Made by a program: the position numbers and the translations under genes. A stretch of 25,524 bases of DNA from a virus (lineage: Duplodnaviria; Caudoviricetes): positions 1-25,524 of the IMG/VR virus record IMGVR_UViG_3300014202_001186; one strand, written 5' to 3'. Under the pieces are notes generated by a model. The model saw only the letters and a list, made by a program, of their open reading frames with translations, was not told the DNA's origin and ran no database searches. Below are positions 25,029 through 25,524 of this stretch, piece by piece (within the stretch, counting starts at the first letter, position 1; every line of letters starts with the position of its first letter).

Positions 25029-25524
25029 ATGCTGCCAGACACCGTAATCACCGAGCTTCGCAAGCCGCTCGACCCGCGGCGGGTGCGGACGATGCCGGAC
25101 TCCTCCCCTGCCGCAGGCTCTCCCTATCTGCCCGCAGATGACGTGATCCTCGCCGCGAACCGCATCTTCGGGTACGGCGGCTGGTCCTTCACGCTCCTCG
25201 CGCCACCATCGTGCGTGGAGGCGGCTGACCCCGGGAAGCAGGTCTGGGGCGCGTGGGGGCGATTCGCCGCCGGCGACGCGACGCACGATGACTTCGGCAC
25301 CTGCGCCCGCTCAGGCCCCGGCGCTCCTGCGCTGGAGATGGCGATCAAGGGCGCGGTGAGCGACGCCATCAAGCGATGCCTCACGCACATGGGCGATCAG
25401 TTCGGCCTCGTCCTTCGCGATAAGAGCATCACGGGGCGCGACCTCGAAGCTATGTACCGCGAGTCTCAGTCCGAGACTCCCACCCCGGCCACTCAACCGG
25501 CGCACTCCGAACGGGCGCCCGAAA
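25029..25524 (+). CDS. Rad52/Rad22-family single-strand annealing protein (Sak-like), truncated at the window end
   Basis: My translation: ELRKPLDPRRV...YLPADDVILAANRIFGYGGWSF...AIKGAVSDAIKRCLTHMGDQFGLVLRDK; SD GGAGG; missing from the ORF track because it has no stop in the window. Confidence 0.92.
   Translation, partial: MLPDTVITELRKPLDPRRVRTMPDSSPAAGSPYLPADDVILAANRIFGYGGWSFTLLAPPSCVEAADPGKQVWGAWGRFAAGDATHDDFGTCARSGPGAPALEMAIKGAVSDAIKRCLTHMGDQFGLVLRDKSITGRDLEAMYRESQSETPTPATQPAHSERAPE

Overview
The whole window is a high-GC temperate siphovirus-type phage or prophage segment. From left to right it holds: (1) + strand morphogenesis genes (head-tail adaptor, tail terminator, major tail tube, HK97-gp10-like protein, G/GT chaperones, 1205-aa tape measure, FN3/Ig-repeat tail proteins, beta-helix tailspike, hub, small OB-fold protein and a four-gene fibre module); (2) a lysis cassette around a DUF1906/GH25-like endolysin, followed by a stand-alone winged-HTH gene; (3) a convergent - strand accessory operon (tandem Zn-finger protein, two HTH proteins, Zn-domain/PAPS-reductase-family fusion) with its own operator-bearing promoter; (4) two - strand envelope proteins, one an Excalibur lipoprotein; (5) a genetic switch with an XRE repressor lacking a peptidase domain, a divergent ribbon-helix-helix gene, two 18-bp operators and a LexA-box-controlled ORF antisense to the repressor; (6) the start of the early operon, including a protein with 19 x 12-bp repeats that vary mainly at one codon, and a truncated Rad52/Sak annealase. 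No integrase, CRISPR array, tRNA or rRNA was seen. All family calls are motif recognition by eye, not database results. Many starts were corrected relative to the ORF track using ATGA/GTGA/TGATG overlaps and Shine-Dalgarno (SD) motifs.
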